Virus record (IMG/VR): IMGVR_UViG_3300048839_000424
Location: 14,216-78,215 of that record
Strand: one strand, 5' to 3'
Origin: a virus
Length of the DNA stretch: 64,000 bases
Shown here: piece after piece, positions 36,792 to 47,035 of the stretch
How positions within the stretch are numbered: position 1 is the first letter of the stretch
Layout of the letters: every line of letters starts with the position of its first letter
Notes under the pieces: generated by a model
What the model was told of the DNA's origin: nothing
The model's database searches: none
The model's input: the letters and a program-made list of their open reading frames with translations, nothing else
Made by a program: the position numbers and the translations under genes

Positions 36792-37007
36792 ATGGAACTA
36801 ATCAGCAAGGAACAGGCAAAGCTCATTCGTACTCTAGGCGCACCGGATGATGGGGATGTATACCCTCTCGGACCCGGCAAGAACGCGGAGTTCGATGCCT
36901 CCAAGAAGGGGTTCACTATCCGAATCAACGGCAAGATCGTTGGAACAGTCCCCCTTCGAGCGGTGATGTCAGGAAGCAAGGATGATGGCTCCCGAGAAAA
37001 CAGTTGA
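36792..37007 (+). CDS. Small hypothetical protein
   Basis: 71-aa ORF in an operon. Confidence 0.55.
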   Translation: MELISKEQAKLIRTLGAPDDGDVYPLGPGKNAEFDASKKGFTIRINGKIVGTVPLRAVMSGSKDDGSRENS

Positions 37008-37343
37008 TTGGGAGACGCTTTTGAAGCAAATGGAGACCCTTCATAGGGGGGTCTCCTTTCTTCTGTTGCCTACACGAACGTCACCGAAGTGTTCTCTCGT
37101 ACAGAGGGCGCTCGAAAACCAGAGGTCTGTCTTCTTCCCAACTTTGAGGATGATGGGGAAGAAGCCGTATTGTCATGGTCCTATCAGGGTATAAGGTCCA
37201 AGACCGTTTCCCTGGAGTTCACAACCGACCGAATCTCATGGTTCGTGATGGATGGTGAAAAATGCCTCGGGGGAAATGGAACAAAGATCCCGGATTGGGT
37301 GTATGATACCATCCAGAGAGTATTCCCAGAGGAGTCGCCATGA
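36982..37343 (+). pseudogene. Hypothetical gene apparently frameshifted at a G6 tract (37046-37051)
   Basis: One extra G joins MMAPEK..LHR to GGLLSSVAY..EESP; the downstream frame opens right at the G run. Confidence 0.5.
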
Positions 37344-37678
37344 ACTCAGATAAGACCAAGTGGGTGTTAGTGAATAACGACGCGCAGACTACATATACCT
37401 TGGGTAATGAGAATTGGCCAAGTTTGAATGGGAAGTCCCCGGAGGAGATTGCTTCAGAAGATCTCCTAGAGAAACTAATGGACGACGTGTTTCAGTGGAC
37501 TGAAGATTATATGCACCACGAGGAATTGGTAATTTTGAGCCTGATCTGGGAAAAGCTCAAATCTCTAGTGACAGAAAATCCTGTGCTAATCCTCTCTGAA
37601 TCAGAGGTTGAGGAGCACTGCAAAGGGTATACAAGCATCGGAGAGCTAACCTTAGATAGTCTATGGTATGGAGAATAA
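37340..37678 (+). CDS. Small acidic hypothetical protein
   Basis: GGAGGAG RBS; ATGA overlap. Confidence 0.6.
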   Translation: MNSDKTKWVLVNNDAQTTYTLGNENWPSLNGKSPEEIASEDLLEKLMDDVFQWTEDYMHHEELVILSLIWEKLKSLVTENPVLILSESEVEEHCKGYTSIGELTLDSLWYGE

Positions 37679-37681
37679 ACC

Positions 37682-38071
37682 ATGACTGACGACGAGTTTC
37701 AAGCTAAAAAAGAGGAGGCTATACGTAGAGGGTATCGCATTGGATACTCTTGCGTAGTCCCCGGTTTGTCTCAAGGTTGGTTGGGTAGTAACCCATGTAC
37801 CGGGTCGTATGACACCGATGAGGAGGTTTGGGTTGCCATTGTCAAAAGCATGGAATCCGATGATGCTCGCTGGGCACGGAGGTCATCCCGGCTCTCCATA
37901 GAGCGAGCACATCCTTATGACAAAAACCCCTCCCACCTGTACATATACGTGCGGTATGACGGTACTGTGAAGGGGTCGTATCGTCGAGATCTTGCTGAAC
38001 TACTGGCAGCGGATGATCACGTAGACCCTAGCAAAATAATCGAGGTCAACTATGCCAAAAAAGAAGACTGA
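37682..38071 (+). CDS. Hypothetical protein
   Basis: 129-aa ORF; GGAG RBS. Confidence 0.6.
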   Translation: MTDDEFQAKKEEAIRRGYRIGYSCVVPGLSQGWLGSNPCTGSYDTDEEVWVAIVKSMESDDARWARRSSRLSIERAHPYDKNPSHLYIYVRYDGTVKGSYRRDLAELLAADDHVDPSKIIEVNYAKKED

Positions 38072-38405
38072 AACCTTCACCGAGAAGGTCGTAAAAAAGA
38101 CCCGGAAGAAGAAGCCCACTGTCGAGAACTTCTACGTCCAAGGGTCATGGCCCATTGGAATCAAAGAACTCCCCTTGCTTTTAATCCGACCCTCTGAGGA
38201 GGTCAAGAAGGTCATGGGCAAGGTCAAAGCAGTTGCCTCGACAATGGACCAGTCCTTGATGATTTGGATGAGTGGCCCCTTGGGGGATGATATCGTGACC
38301 AAAATGAACGATGCAACCCGGATGTTCATTTGGGCGACTTACGATGACGCCAGCGGGCTCGTGTTTGATTTTGAACGAGAGGTGCCCACTAGCTCGACAT
38401 GGTGA
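38052..38405 (+). CDS. Hypothetical protein with basic N-terminus
   Basis: 117-aa ORF; GAGGT RBS. Confidence 0.6.
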   Translation: MPKKKTETFTEKVVKKTRKKKPTVENFYVQGSWPIGIKELPLLLIRPSEEVKKVMGKVKAVASTMDQSLMIWMSGPLGDDIVTKMNDATRMFIWATYDDASGLVFDFEREVPTSSTW

Positions 38406-38992
38406 CGAGAACGCAAGCACGGGCGGCTAGGGTTCGCAGGAAAGTAGATCTCGGGCATCTACTGCGTAGCTATGGCTACGATGTCTACCCTGACGCGGAA
38501 CGGGAACAGCAGTTCCGTTGTGACTTGCACGGTTCGGATAATAAACCATCGGCTCGCTTCTATCCGGCGACCAATAGTACCTACTGTTGGGTGTGTCAAA
38601 AATCCCGTGGTCCCTTGGACTACGTGATGGAAAAGGAGGGTATTGAAATGCGCCCTGCCTTGGACATCCTCGAAGCCAAGTACGACTTGGGTGAGTTGAG
38701 GTGGTCGGATGAGGCCGAAGATAACCCCCTCCAAAGGTTCGAACAGGAACTCCAAAGTCTTGAGCATCCGAATCGAGGGTTCGATGATGAACGAAAATCC
38801 GTAAGACGGTTGCTGGACACGGTAACCCGCGAGAGGGATCTGGATCTCCAAACGACTCTAAAACTCTGGGAGGTCTATGACCGACTTGTCTATGGGGCCA
38901 AATATGAGTCTTGGGGGGAGAAGGAAAGTCTTGAGGGACTTCAGACGTTAAAAACCTCCGTGTTCAAGGAACTGAAAGCGAGAGCGGAATGA
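38399..38992 (+). CDS. Stand-alone DnaG-type CHC2 zinc-binding domain protein (no Toprim domain)
   Basis: FRCDLHGSDNKPS..YCWVC..GPLDYVMEKEGI..AL..L. Confidence 0.82.
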   Translation: MVTRTQARAARVRRKVDLGHLLRSYGYDVYPDAEREQQFRCDLHGSDNKPSARFYPATNSTYCWVCQKSRGPLDYVMEKEGIEMRPALDILEAKYDLGELRWSDEAEDNPLQRFEQELQSLEHPNRGFDDERKSVRRLLDTVTRERDLDLQTTLKLWEVYDRLVYGAKYESWGEKESLEGLQTLKTSVFKELKARAE

Positions 38993-39444
38993 TCCCCGGT
39001 CTGCGATATGCGGTCATCAATGACCCGGATCGGCATGGGTCATTCAGTGTCCTCTATCCAACGCCTTTACCCGGAAACATCTGGGGTGTACTGGCGCCGA
39101 TTAAAGAGCATCCTTGGGGTGCATTGATTCCCACGGTGAGCGGAGATTTGTTGTCTCATGCGCTTCATGGTCATCCGAGGGAGTTGAGAAACGCTCTGGG
39201 TCGTCCTCCGTTGCATCGTCCCAAGCTGTTAGTGTTGAAGGATAAGCTCTGCATGGAGCATCAAAAGGATCTCTGTGTGATTCGAGGCCCCCATTGTATG
39301 CCCGGAAGCGGGAAGCTCCCGGACTGTTATGTAGCTCCGTATGAGGATATCGAGCTACGAAGACTTCTGACGGTGATTGGGAAAGCCTGGGACGAAGGAC
39401 GTTATGTGTTCGTGGTTGAGGGGGATGAATTCCTTGTCACCTGA
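38989..39444 (+). CDS. Hypothetical protein with Cys cluster
   Basis: 151-aa ORF; ATGA overlap. Confidence 0.6.
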   Translation: MIPGLRYAVINDPDRHGSFSVLYPTPLPGNIWGVLAPIKEHPWGALIPTVSGDLLSHALHGHPRELRNALGRPPLHRPKLLVLKDKLCMEHQKDLCVIRGPHCMPGSGKLPDCYVAPYEDIELRRLLTVIGKAWDEGRYVFVVEGDEFLVT

Positions 39445-39464
39445 GCGTATAGTGTCAGATAGCT

Positions 39465-42400
39465 ATGGAAGATTTCCTGAATTGGTCTGAAGAAGAACGC
39501 CGCCCTAAAGTCCAGAAAAAACCCTGGATGGACCACAAGAAGATGGTTCTGGGCACCGTTGATAACCTCGACGATATCATTGACGAGTGCATCAAATCGG
39601 GACGGTACGCCATCGACCTCGAAACGACGGGGTTGAATAAAAACTCGTATCAGGTTACGATTACGGAAGGTCGAACGAAGGACCAAATCGTAGGGGTCTG
39701 TTTATCCCCCGATGGGAATGTTGGATACTATCTCCCTATTCGCCATCGGAAGGGGGAGGAGCATAACATCCCCGTCTCTCGGGTGGAGAGGGCGCTACGG
39801 AAGTTGGTGGAGTCTAATTCAGTAGCGACTTTTCATCATGCTCGATTCGACCAGGAGTTCTTGCAGTTCTCGGGAGGAAATAATCCCATCGGTACATGGG
39901 ATGACCCTAAAAAATGGGATGACACGCTGATTCTAACATATCTCATCAACACCCGAGAGCACAATAAGGGACTGAAGCATCAGTCCAAGGTTCAGTTGGG
40001 TTTCGAGATGATCGAAATTGACGAGTTGTTCCCAGAGGACCACAAGGGAGGATATGACTTCTCCGAGTTGGACCCCTCTTGGGAACCCGTGCTTTGGTAT
40101 GCGGCTTCGGATGCGATCTGTACTTACTGTCTGTATGAAAAAATCTCCCCCATCGTATTGAAGGGGACATCAGAGAGGAAAGCACAGGATCAGGTCTATC
40201 TCCTGGAGAAGATGTGTCTCCCTGCGACTCGATGGATGGAACGGGTTGGAATCAACATTGATCAGAACGTGGTCATTGACTTGATTCGACTTGGACAGAA
40301 GGAGTTTTTCACCTGTCTTGAGGAAACCTACGACTTCCTGAATGCCAACCTTGGGAGAAAAGTCGAGCCCGGTTGGTTCTCCTTGCTCCGAGCGAAGAAA
40401 AATCTCGATGACGTAGACTTCAATATCTCGGACCAAATCGAGGAGTTCCGTAAGGAAGCCAAGCGTGAGGGAATGGATGCCCTTGATGAGAAGGGGCATT
40501 ACCTTGTGCTAAAACAGCATAACGGGGAATGGCCAGAGAAGTACGATATTCTTTCTCGACCCCAGCTAGGGCCTTTGTTTGAGGAGTTGGAGATCCCTGA
40601 CCTTGCCCGTACTGAAAAATCAGGGCAAGTCAAGACCACACAGGATGAGATTGATCGTCTCTTTCAGAAGTTCGGAGATCAGTACCCGTTCCTGCCAAAA
40701 ATCAAGAGGCTAGGTGAGTTGCAGAAAGCCTTGGGGACGTATTTAATCTCTCTTCGACGGGATGTTGGTCCTGATGGTTGTTTGCATCCGTACTACAATC
40801 AGTTGGGGACGGATACGGGAAGATATACGACCCCGAGTTCGGATAAACCTCAGTTGGACGGGGGCACGTCTTTCCCTGTACATGGAACACCGGCTACGTA
40901 TGACACGAGCCGTCCCGCCTGTCTATTGGGTATTCGCAAGGCGGTCAAAGCCCGTAAGGGGAAGGTTCTTGCGGCATGTTTTGCAGAGGGTAGCCTAGTC
41001 TCAACAAAGAGAGGTTTGATCCCTGTAGAACAAGTCGAAGATACAGACGAGGTTCTCACGGAGGATGGGTGGAAAACCGTATCTTGGGCTGGCTATACGG
41101 GGGATAAAAACACAATAGCAATACAGACTCAAAAAGGGTTTGAGCTTCAAGTTACCGAGGACCACCTAATCCTAATTGCGGGTGAGAAAGGCTTCTCTTG
41201 GAAAGAAGCAAAGGATCTACAATCAGGAGATTGGGTTGTGCAAGTATCCGGTCATCCAATAGGGCAATCTGATAAGTTACCCGAAACACCTTGGTCATCC
41301 AAAACTATTTCAGTGGTGCAAGAAAAACGCTATCCCTTGAAAACGCCTTCTTATATGACTGAAGGGTTAGCTGAATTTCTCGGTAGATTTATGGGTGATG
41401 GTTCAATCTCGCATGATAACGAATCCCCTGTGTCTGTAAACATTGCCTTGGGGTTAGATGTTAATGAATTACTGCCCAGCCTCAACAGGACCGCAAAAGC
41501 ATTGTTTGACCGAGAATTTGTGCATAAAGGGAGAGGGGATGTTACCATTAGCTCTCGTGTGTTAGCTCGTTGGTTGTGCCTGATTACCAACAAAAATAAA
41601 GATGTCACAGAATTAGAGGTGCCTCAAGCTATTCTAAGAGGGGGTGAAAACCACACTGCTGCTTTCTTGAGAGGATTGTTTGATGCTGATGGATCGATAA
41701 AGAATAGAAAAGGTGACAATATAACCCTTTGGGTTACTTCAACAAAAATGTCACAACAAGTGCAGTTGATGCTACTGCACCAAGGCATCCAAGTACGTCG
41801 AGTTTCCTGTTCGAGAATAACAAACTTTGGAAGCATCCAAGGGTGGGAAATATCTATTTCTGGTATCAAAAACCTTGATCGGTTTAAAGAACGGATTGGT
41901 TTTTTGACACCACGTAAAACTGAACGCCTCAATCGTTTATTGGCATCGGGGAGAAATAGGGATATGTCCGAATTTTTCCCATTGAGTCTTGCTAAACAAG
42001 CGGTGATATGCCCACGGAACGAAAAAACTCGAAGGGTATTTACCAATGGTAGGCGAAAAAACCGGGTAAGTCGTCATCTGCTAAATGCAGCACTACACCA
42101 CCAAGAGGACTTGAATATGGAGTGGATGCACCTGCTTTTAGATGGACCTCTTTTATTTGATACTGTGGTGCATACCTCTCAGGTTGGAATCCAGAAGGTA
42201 TATGATGTAACAGTACCGGAGGGTCAAAAACTCCAGGTGAATGGACTCCTTGCTCACAATTGCGACTTCGGTGGGGTTGAGTTGCGTATTGCTACCAATC
42301 TGTCCCGAGAGCCCAAGTGGATGAAGGAGTATTTCCACTGTAGCTCTTGTGATTTGATCTTCGACAATGGGGATGGGGAGAGCACTCCGATTCCTCCACC

Positions 42401-44237
42401 GGCTTACTGTCCTCGATGTGGTTCAGACAAGATTGGAGACCTTCACACGTTGACGGCGTTGGCTTTCTACGGTGAAGACAAGGCAAGTACGAAGGAATTC
42501 AAGCAGCTAAGACAGAACGCCAAGAGCGCAAACTTTGCGCTGGCATATGGAGGAGGCCCTTCCGCATTGATGAGGGCTACTGGTTGTGATGAGAACGAGG
42601 GTGCAAGGCACCATAGAACGTTCAATCAGACCTACTCGGTACTAAAACAATGGTGGGATGACACGAAGTCTTTTGCCAAGAGACATGGATATGTAGCGAC
42701 GGCCTTTGGTCGTCAGTATCCGTTACCTGACATCAAGTTGCCTATCACACCGGCTGAAGAACCGGACCCACAGAAGCGGGAGATGAATCGTAAGTTTCGA
42801 GCGAAAGCGGAACGAAACGCTACGAATGGCCCGATTCAGGGTTGTATCCATCCTGAAGAGCGTATCCTAACATCACTAGGGTTCCTACCCATTGAGGAGC
42901 TTGATCGTCTAGGTCAGTCTTTTATGGTGTGGACTGGAAAATCCTGGTCAGAGGGACGGGTGTTCTCGTCTGGTCTGAAAGAGGTCCGCAAAACAACACT
43001 GGATTCTGGGCGTGAGCTAAAAACTAGCCCTGACCATAGATTCCTAACTTGGCAGAGAGGTGTTTTAGGGTGGACCCCTCAAAGTGAGCTATCCACGGGG
43101 GACTGGGTTGCTATCAATTCGAAGGACATTAGTCTCCTACTAGGAGATGGTAGTGAAAAATCACTATGGCTTGGTTGTGGTGACACGGCCCCACCTGAAT
43201 TAATCAAGTGTGTAGGGGAGGTGGTCAGAGCGTCCTCTATTTGGGCTACCCTAACAGCACCAGAAAAGTCAGCGGTGTCTAGGCTCATGGTGGGGTCTGG
43301 AAGCAAGCCTCAATGTGTAAAATACCTGAGTCGAGTACCTGAATCCGAGGCCCCTGCATTCTTGTGGGATTACCTGGAATACGATTGGGAGAGAGTGACC
43401 ACCCTTGAAAATCTCGAAGAACAGGTCGGGATGTTTGATATCGAAGTGTTCGACAAGGAGCACGCTTTTGTAGCTAACGGTGTCGTAGTCCATAACTGTT
43501 CAGCGGACCTGACGAAATTGGCAATGGGTCTGATCTACAAAGAGGTCAAGAAACGCGACTGGTTCGAGAAGGTCCATATGATCATTTCGATCCATGACGA
43601 GTTGGTGTTCGAGATTGATAAGGACATCTTGGCGGAGGCGCTAGAGGTCTTTCAGGACATCATGACTCGTAACAAGGCGGTTCTACAACTCAAGTGGCCC
43701 GTGCCTTTGACTACCGATTGTGAGATCGGGTATGACTGGACCGTCAAATGGAATCTCAAGGACTTTCAAGCCCGTCGAGTTCGTTCTGATGGTGTTCAAG
43801 TCGATGAGAAGGGGAAGCCCGATGGCAAAGTGTGGCCTGAAGAGTTCATTCGTATCTTCGGAAGTCGATATGGCTTCGCAGATTTGCCTATAACGGATAG
43901 TAATACTAAGCAGGATGAAGAAAGCACGTCCAACATACAAGCCTCTCAAGAGCCCACGGCGCCCTATCAAGAGTCCAAAGGCGTAACCCCTAGCGTAGCA
44001 CCCCTCCAAGTGGAGAAGCCACAGCGAGGCGACAGCTACGTTTTCCAGTTACGGACTTTGAGCATTGGTGTTGCCGATAGACTCGCCCAAGTCATTGTTC
44101 AATGTGAGGGTCGAGGTACAAATCTGTTGGAGATTCGCACTCCGACGGGAGAAATTATTGCTCCTGGGCCAGAGAAGATCTACGTGAACCCGTTGGAGTT
44201 CGCAACGGTTGCTAAAATCCACGGTTTGTTAGGGTAG
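39465..44237 (+). CDS. polA: Family A DNA polymerase (3'-5' exonuclease plus polymerase) containing two inteins
   Basis: AIDLETTG, HHARFD, YAASDA, TDTGRYT, motif A CDFGGVELRI, motif B RQNAKSANFALAYG, motif C IHDELVF. Confidence 0.96.
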   Translation: MEDFLNWSEEERRPKVQKKPWMDHKKMVLGTVDNLDDIIDECIKSGRYAIDLETTGLNKNSYQVTITEGRTKDQIVGVCLSPDGNVGYYLPIRHRKGEEHNIPVSRVERALRKLVESNSVATFHHARFDQEFLQFSGGNNPIGTWDDPKKWDDTLILTYLINTREHNKGLKHQSKVQLGFEMIEIDELFPEDHKGGYDFSELDPSWEPVLWYAASDAICTYCLYEKISPIVLKGTSERKAQDQVYLLEKMCLPATRWMERVGINIDQNVVIDLIRLGQKEFFTCLEETYDFLNANLGRKVEPGWFSLLRAKKNLDDVDFNISDQIEEFRKEAKREGMDALDEKGHYLVLKQHNGEWPEKYDILSRPQLGPLFEELEIPDLARTEKSGQVKTTQDEIDRLFQKFGDQYPFLPKIKRLGELQKALGTYLISLRRDVGPDGCLHPYYNQLGTDTGRYTTPSSDKPQLDGGTSFPVHGTPATYDTSRPACLLGIRKAVKARKGKVLAACFAEGSLVSTKRGLIPVEQVEDTDEVLTEDGWKTVSWAGYTGDKNTIAIQTQKGFELQVTEDHLILIAGEKGFSWKEAKDLQSGDWVVQVSGHPIGQSDKLPETPWSSKTISVVQEKRYPLKTPSYMTEGLAEFLGRFMGDGSISHDNESPVSVNIALGLDVNELLPSLNRTAKALFDREFVHKGRGDVTISSRVLARWLCLITNKNKDVTELEVPQAILRGGENHTAAFLRGLFDADGSIKNRKGDNITLWVTSTKMSQQVQLMLLHQGIQVRRVSCSRITNFGSIQGWEISISGIKNLDRFKERIGFLTPRKTERLNRLLASGRNRDMSEFFPLSLAKQAVICPRNEKTRRVFTNGRRKNRVSRHLLNAALHHQEDLNMEWMHLLLDGPLLFDTVVHTSQVGIQKVYDVTVPEGQKLQVNGLLAHNCDFGGVELRIATNLSREPKWMKEYFHCSSCDLIFDNGDGESTPIPPPAYCPRCGSDKIGDLHTLTALAFYGEDKASTKEFKQLRQNAKSANFALAYGGGPSALMRATGCDENEGARHHRTFNQTYSVLKQWWDDTKSFAKRHGYVATAFGRQYPLPDIKLPITPAEEPDPQKREMNRKFRAKAERNATNGPIQGCIHPEERILTSLGFLPIEELDRLGQSFMVWTGKSWSEGRVFSSGLKEVRKTTLDSGRELKTSPDHRFLTWQRGVLGWTPQSELSTGDWVAINSKDISLLLGDGSEKSLWLGCGDTAPPELIKCVGEVVRASSIWATLTAPEKSAVSRLMVGSGSKPQCVKYLSRVPESEAPAFLWDYLEYDWERVTTLENLEEQVGMFDIEVFDKEHAFVANGVVVHNCSADLTKLAMGLIYKEVKKRDWFEKVHMIISIHDELVFEIDKDILAEALEVFQDIMTRNKAVLQLKWPVPLTTDCEIGYDWTVKWNLKDFQARRVRSDGVQVDEKGKPDGKVWPEEFIRIFGSRYGFADLPITDSNTKQDEESTSNIQASQEPTAPYQESKGVTPSVAPLQVEKPQRGDSYVFQLRTLSIGVADRLAQVIVQCEGRGTNLLEIRTPTGEIIAPGPEKIYVNPLEFATVAKIHGLLG
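40977..42260 (+). mobile_element. Intein (428 aa) with LAGLIDADG homing endonuclease, in polymerase motif A
   Basis: CFAEGS...LLAHN|C; LGRFMGDGS and FLRGLFDADG blocks. Confidence 0.95.
42843..43496 (+). mobile_element. Short intein (218 aa, endonuclease largely lost) in the NGPIQG|CSAD motif of the polymerase
   Basis: CIHPEE...TSPDHRF...VVVHN|C. Confidence 0.92.
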
Positions 44238-44248
44238 GGTGTTAGTAC

Positions 44249-45265
44249 GTGAGCAAGCCTAAAAAGAGTCTCCCCACCATCCAAGAGCATGTGATGGGGA
44301 TGATAAAAAAGGACAAGTTCGATTCATTGCAGATCTGTAATGATCCTCGGACTCCGTTCTACATGGACAATGCGAAGTTCACCCAGACGTTTTGCCGCCG
44401 ATGTCGCAACGAGGAATGTATTCGAGCCGGTGGTGCGCAAACCCCTTGGCATTGGCGCATGGAGAACCAACCCGAGTATCTACTCAACAACCCCATTTTT
44501 TCCGACATGGGGACGGATGAACATAAGCGGTTGGCTGAAATGGCATTCAAGCTCATTAATGACAAGATGCAGAGGATTGAGATTCAGTCTCAAACCTGGG
44601 AGCCATTAGACCAGATTGACCTGCCCTCGGATGGTATTGACCGAGTTTCCTCACCTGCTGTCACGGATGAATTCGATGAAGCCGCCAAGGTTTTGTCGAA
44701 AGCCAAGGGGAAGAAAGTCAAGGAGTTCCCCAAACCACAGGAGTCTACGCAGGAAAAGCCCGCGAACTTTATCGAAGCCCCACCTGACGTATCAACCCCA
44801 TCCGAAGATAACAATCCTCCAGAAGAGGAAAGTGATGAGGGTGTTTTATTCGAGACTCCATTCGTATCGAAGGATGGAAAAACGACGTACCGGGTATGGT
44901 TGGACAAGGATAGCTATTGGCATTGTACATGTGAGGGGTTCAAACATAAGGGCACCTGTTACCATGTCGTTGAGACCGATGCCTGGTTGAAAAAGCAGAG
45001 TCAAGAAGCAGAGGAGAGAGAACGAGAGGCGGAGCGAGTTCGGAATCTCCCACCTCCACCACAACCGAAACCCGTGAATCCTTCGACCCTGAATACACCT
45101 CCGCCCACGGCTGGCGTGATGATTGGAGGGGGGACACCACCACCCACGGCAAGTCGATTGCCTCCTGCACGGGTTATCCCCGCTGTTGACGACCCTTGGT
45201 CAGCCCCCAAGGAAAAAGTCGTAAAACCCGGTGCTAAAATCATCGTAGGTAAAAAAGATGACTAA
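44249..45265 (+). CDS. Hypothetical protein with Cys cluster, SWIM finger and Pro-rich tail
   Basis: CRRCRNEEC and WHCTCEGFKHKGTCYH. Confidence 0.7.
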   Translation: MSKPKKSLPTIQEHVMGMIKKDKFDSLQICNDPRTPFYMDNAKFTQTFCRRCRNEECIRAGGAQTPWHWRMENQPEYLLNNPIFSDMGTDEHKRLAEMAFKLINDKMQRIEIQSQTWEPLDQIDLPSDGIDRVSSPAVTDEFDEAAKVLSKAKGKKVKEFPKPQESTQEKPANFIEAPPDVSTPSEDNNPPEEESDEGVLFETPFVSKDGKTTYRVWLDKDSYWHCTCEGFKHKGTCYHVVETDAWLKKQSQEAEEREREAERVRNLPPPPQPKPVNPSTLNTPPPTAGVMIGGGTPPPTASRLPPARVIPAVDDPWSAPKEKVVKPGAKIIVGKKDD

Positions 45266-46277
45266 AGACGAGCTACTGTCTCATCCTGCCATTGGTCTTG
45301 TACTTCGAGACATTCGAGAGGGTCGCCTAGACCTGAAACATGCCTTAGAAGAAATATCCAAGGTTCTCCCGGTTGAAGTAGATGCCGTCGAGAAGGTCTT
45401 GATGGAGTTGTTCTCGGAGTTGAAGCAAGACCTAGTTCTCTACACAGAGGACAGCGATAATCGTCTCCAGGAGTTGGGTCTTACGAAGGAAGACCTTGTA
45501 TTCCAACCCGACCCAGACCGGGACACGATCATGCTGAACCCGATGTTCCAGGCTTTGCTCGTGGAGATTCTTCAGTTCGATGGGGATATCCCAGAGCTTC
45601 GCACAGGGGACTTACCAGAAGGAGCAACGCCAGCGGTTCCGGTTCATTCGAGTTCGGTGACCAACCCCGTTCTTCTTGGAGAAATGTTGAAAAGGGCGTC
45701 TTCGACCGTCCATGAAAAACTCAACGAGGCTCGATTAAAGATCCTCACGTCAATCAACGACGTGTCCGAGAACACGGCCTTGACGCCCTATGAGAAAAAA
45801 CAAGAGCTAGCTCGGTTGGTTAGCACCCCCGTGAGTATACCTGGGTACGAACCTGGAAAGCTGGCCAAGCCGGTCACGGTAACTGTCGCTCCAATGGAGG
45901 TCGAGAGTTTGTCAGACAGGGACAAGCAAGACTTAGCACACAAGGCGTTGACCAGCACGCAGGGGCGAAGATCATCGGTTTCAACGATTGAGACGCTTGT
46001 GATGGAGGAACTTTTGAGAGAGGGGTTCCAAGGGGTGTCCGTTGGCCCCGTGAAGAACCCTTTGATTCGTACTGAATGGAGTACGTCGATTGATGGAGGG
46101 AGTCGAGAAATTAACCCGAAGTTCTCGTACATCCAAGTAGCGGCTCGGTCCTTGGCTCGCCAGATTAAAAATGAGATTGCAGGTAAGGCTGGGAGATATT
46201 CTCACTTGAGCCTATCCGTGCGGCCTTTGAACACGGTCAGTGAAAGTAGAGTTGGGTTTGTAGCGGAATTGGAGTAA
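45258..46277 (+). CDS. Hypothetical protein
   Basis: 339-aa ORF in an operon. Confidence 0.65.
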   Translation: MTKDELLSHPAIGLVLRDIREGRLDLKHALEEISKVLPVEVDAVEKVLMELFSELKQDLVLYTEDSDNRLQELGLTKEDLVFQPDPDRDTIMLNPMFQALLVEILQFDGDIPELRTGDLPEGATPAVPVHSSSVTNPVLLGEMLKRASSTVHEKLNEARLKILTSINDVSENTALTPYEKKQELARLVSTPVSIPGYEPGKLAKPVTVTVAPMEVESLSDRDKQDLAHKALTSTQGRRSSVSTIETLVMEELLREGFQGVSVGPVKNPLIRTEWSTSIDGGSREINPKFSYIQVAARSLARQIKNEIAGKAGRYSHLSLSVRPLNTVSESRVGFVAELE

Positions 46278-46286
46278 TACGGATAC

Positions 46287-46610
46287 ATGCTGACCATTAA
46301 TTCGTTGTTCAAGCTCAACACGGTGTTTAGTCAGGCGGTTCAGGAGGATGACGAGTGGTTCGTCATCATGACCGTTGAGAAGTATGCGGAGAAAGCTCGT
46401 GCTTTGTTGCTGTCCCTTCCTAATGCGATGCTTGGGGGTAGAACGGCTTTGCTCCGAAACGGGACCAGGGTGTCTGTGGTAACGTTAGATACGGACCTGA
46501 AGCCCGATGGTAAGAGCGTGATGTTTTTTGGGCTGGAGGAGGAAATGCTCTCCCCTTCCTTCGAGGAAAAAGCTCTTGTGTGGAGAAAGTCCGCACGTAA
46601 GATTCTATGA
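46287..46610 (+). CDS. Hypothetical protein
   Basis: 107-aa ORF. Confidence 0.6.
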   Translation: MLTINSLFKLNTVFSQAVQEDDEWFVIMTVEKYAEKARALLLSLPNAMLGGRTALLRNGTRVSVVTLDTDLKPDGKSVMFFGLEEEMLSPSFEEKALVWRKSARKIL

Positions 46611-47035
46611 AGACTCAGTACACATTCGTGATTTCCGGGGGTGATCCTTTGACGTTACAGTTGAGGGGGTGTCCACCTATGCGATATGAGGGTCCGGGGT
46701 CTACGGTGTTCCATGTCATTTGCACGCGGGAGGAAGCTCTTCATGTTGAGATGACTTTCAAGGAAGCCCACTGCAAGGTCGTTGTCCATACGCATGGGGA
46801 GACGGTCGAGCAGAAACAAATGAGGGTCAATCTTCTTGCATTACAGGGGGAGAACAGTTTTCCGACGAAAGACTGTCCCTCTTGCCCTTGGTTTGATCCC
46901 GAGATTTCAGGTCTCTGTGGGGCTGGTAAGACTGGGAGTGAGCAATACTCCGAAGCTGTGATTAAACATCAAATGAAGTCGGAGCGATTTAAGGACGCCT
47001 ACAACAACTGCACATGGGACACGAAATCAAACTGA
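46607..47035 (+). CDS. Hypothetical protein with CxxC
   Basis: 142-aa ORF; ATGA overlap. Confidence 0.6.
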   Translation: MKTQYTFVISGGDPLTLQLRGCPPMRYEGPGSTVFHVICTREEALHVEMTFKEAHCKVVVHTHGETVEQKQMRVNLLALQGENSFPTKDCPSCPWFDPEISGLCGAGKTGSEQYSEAVIKHQMKSERFKDAYNNCTWDTKSN

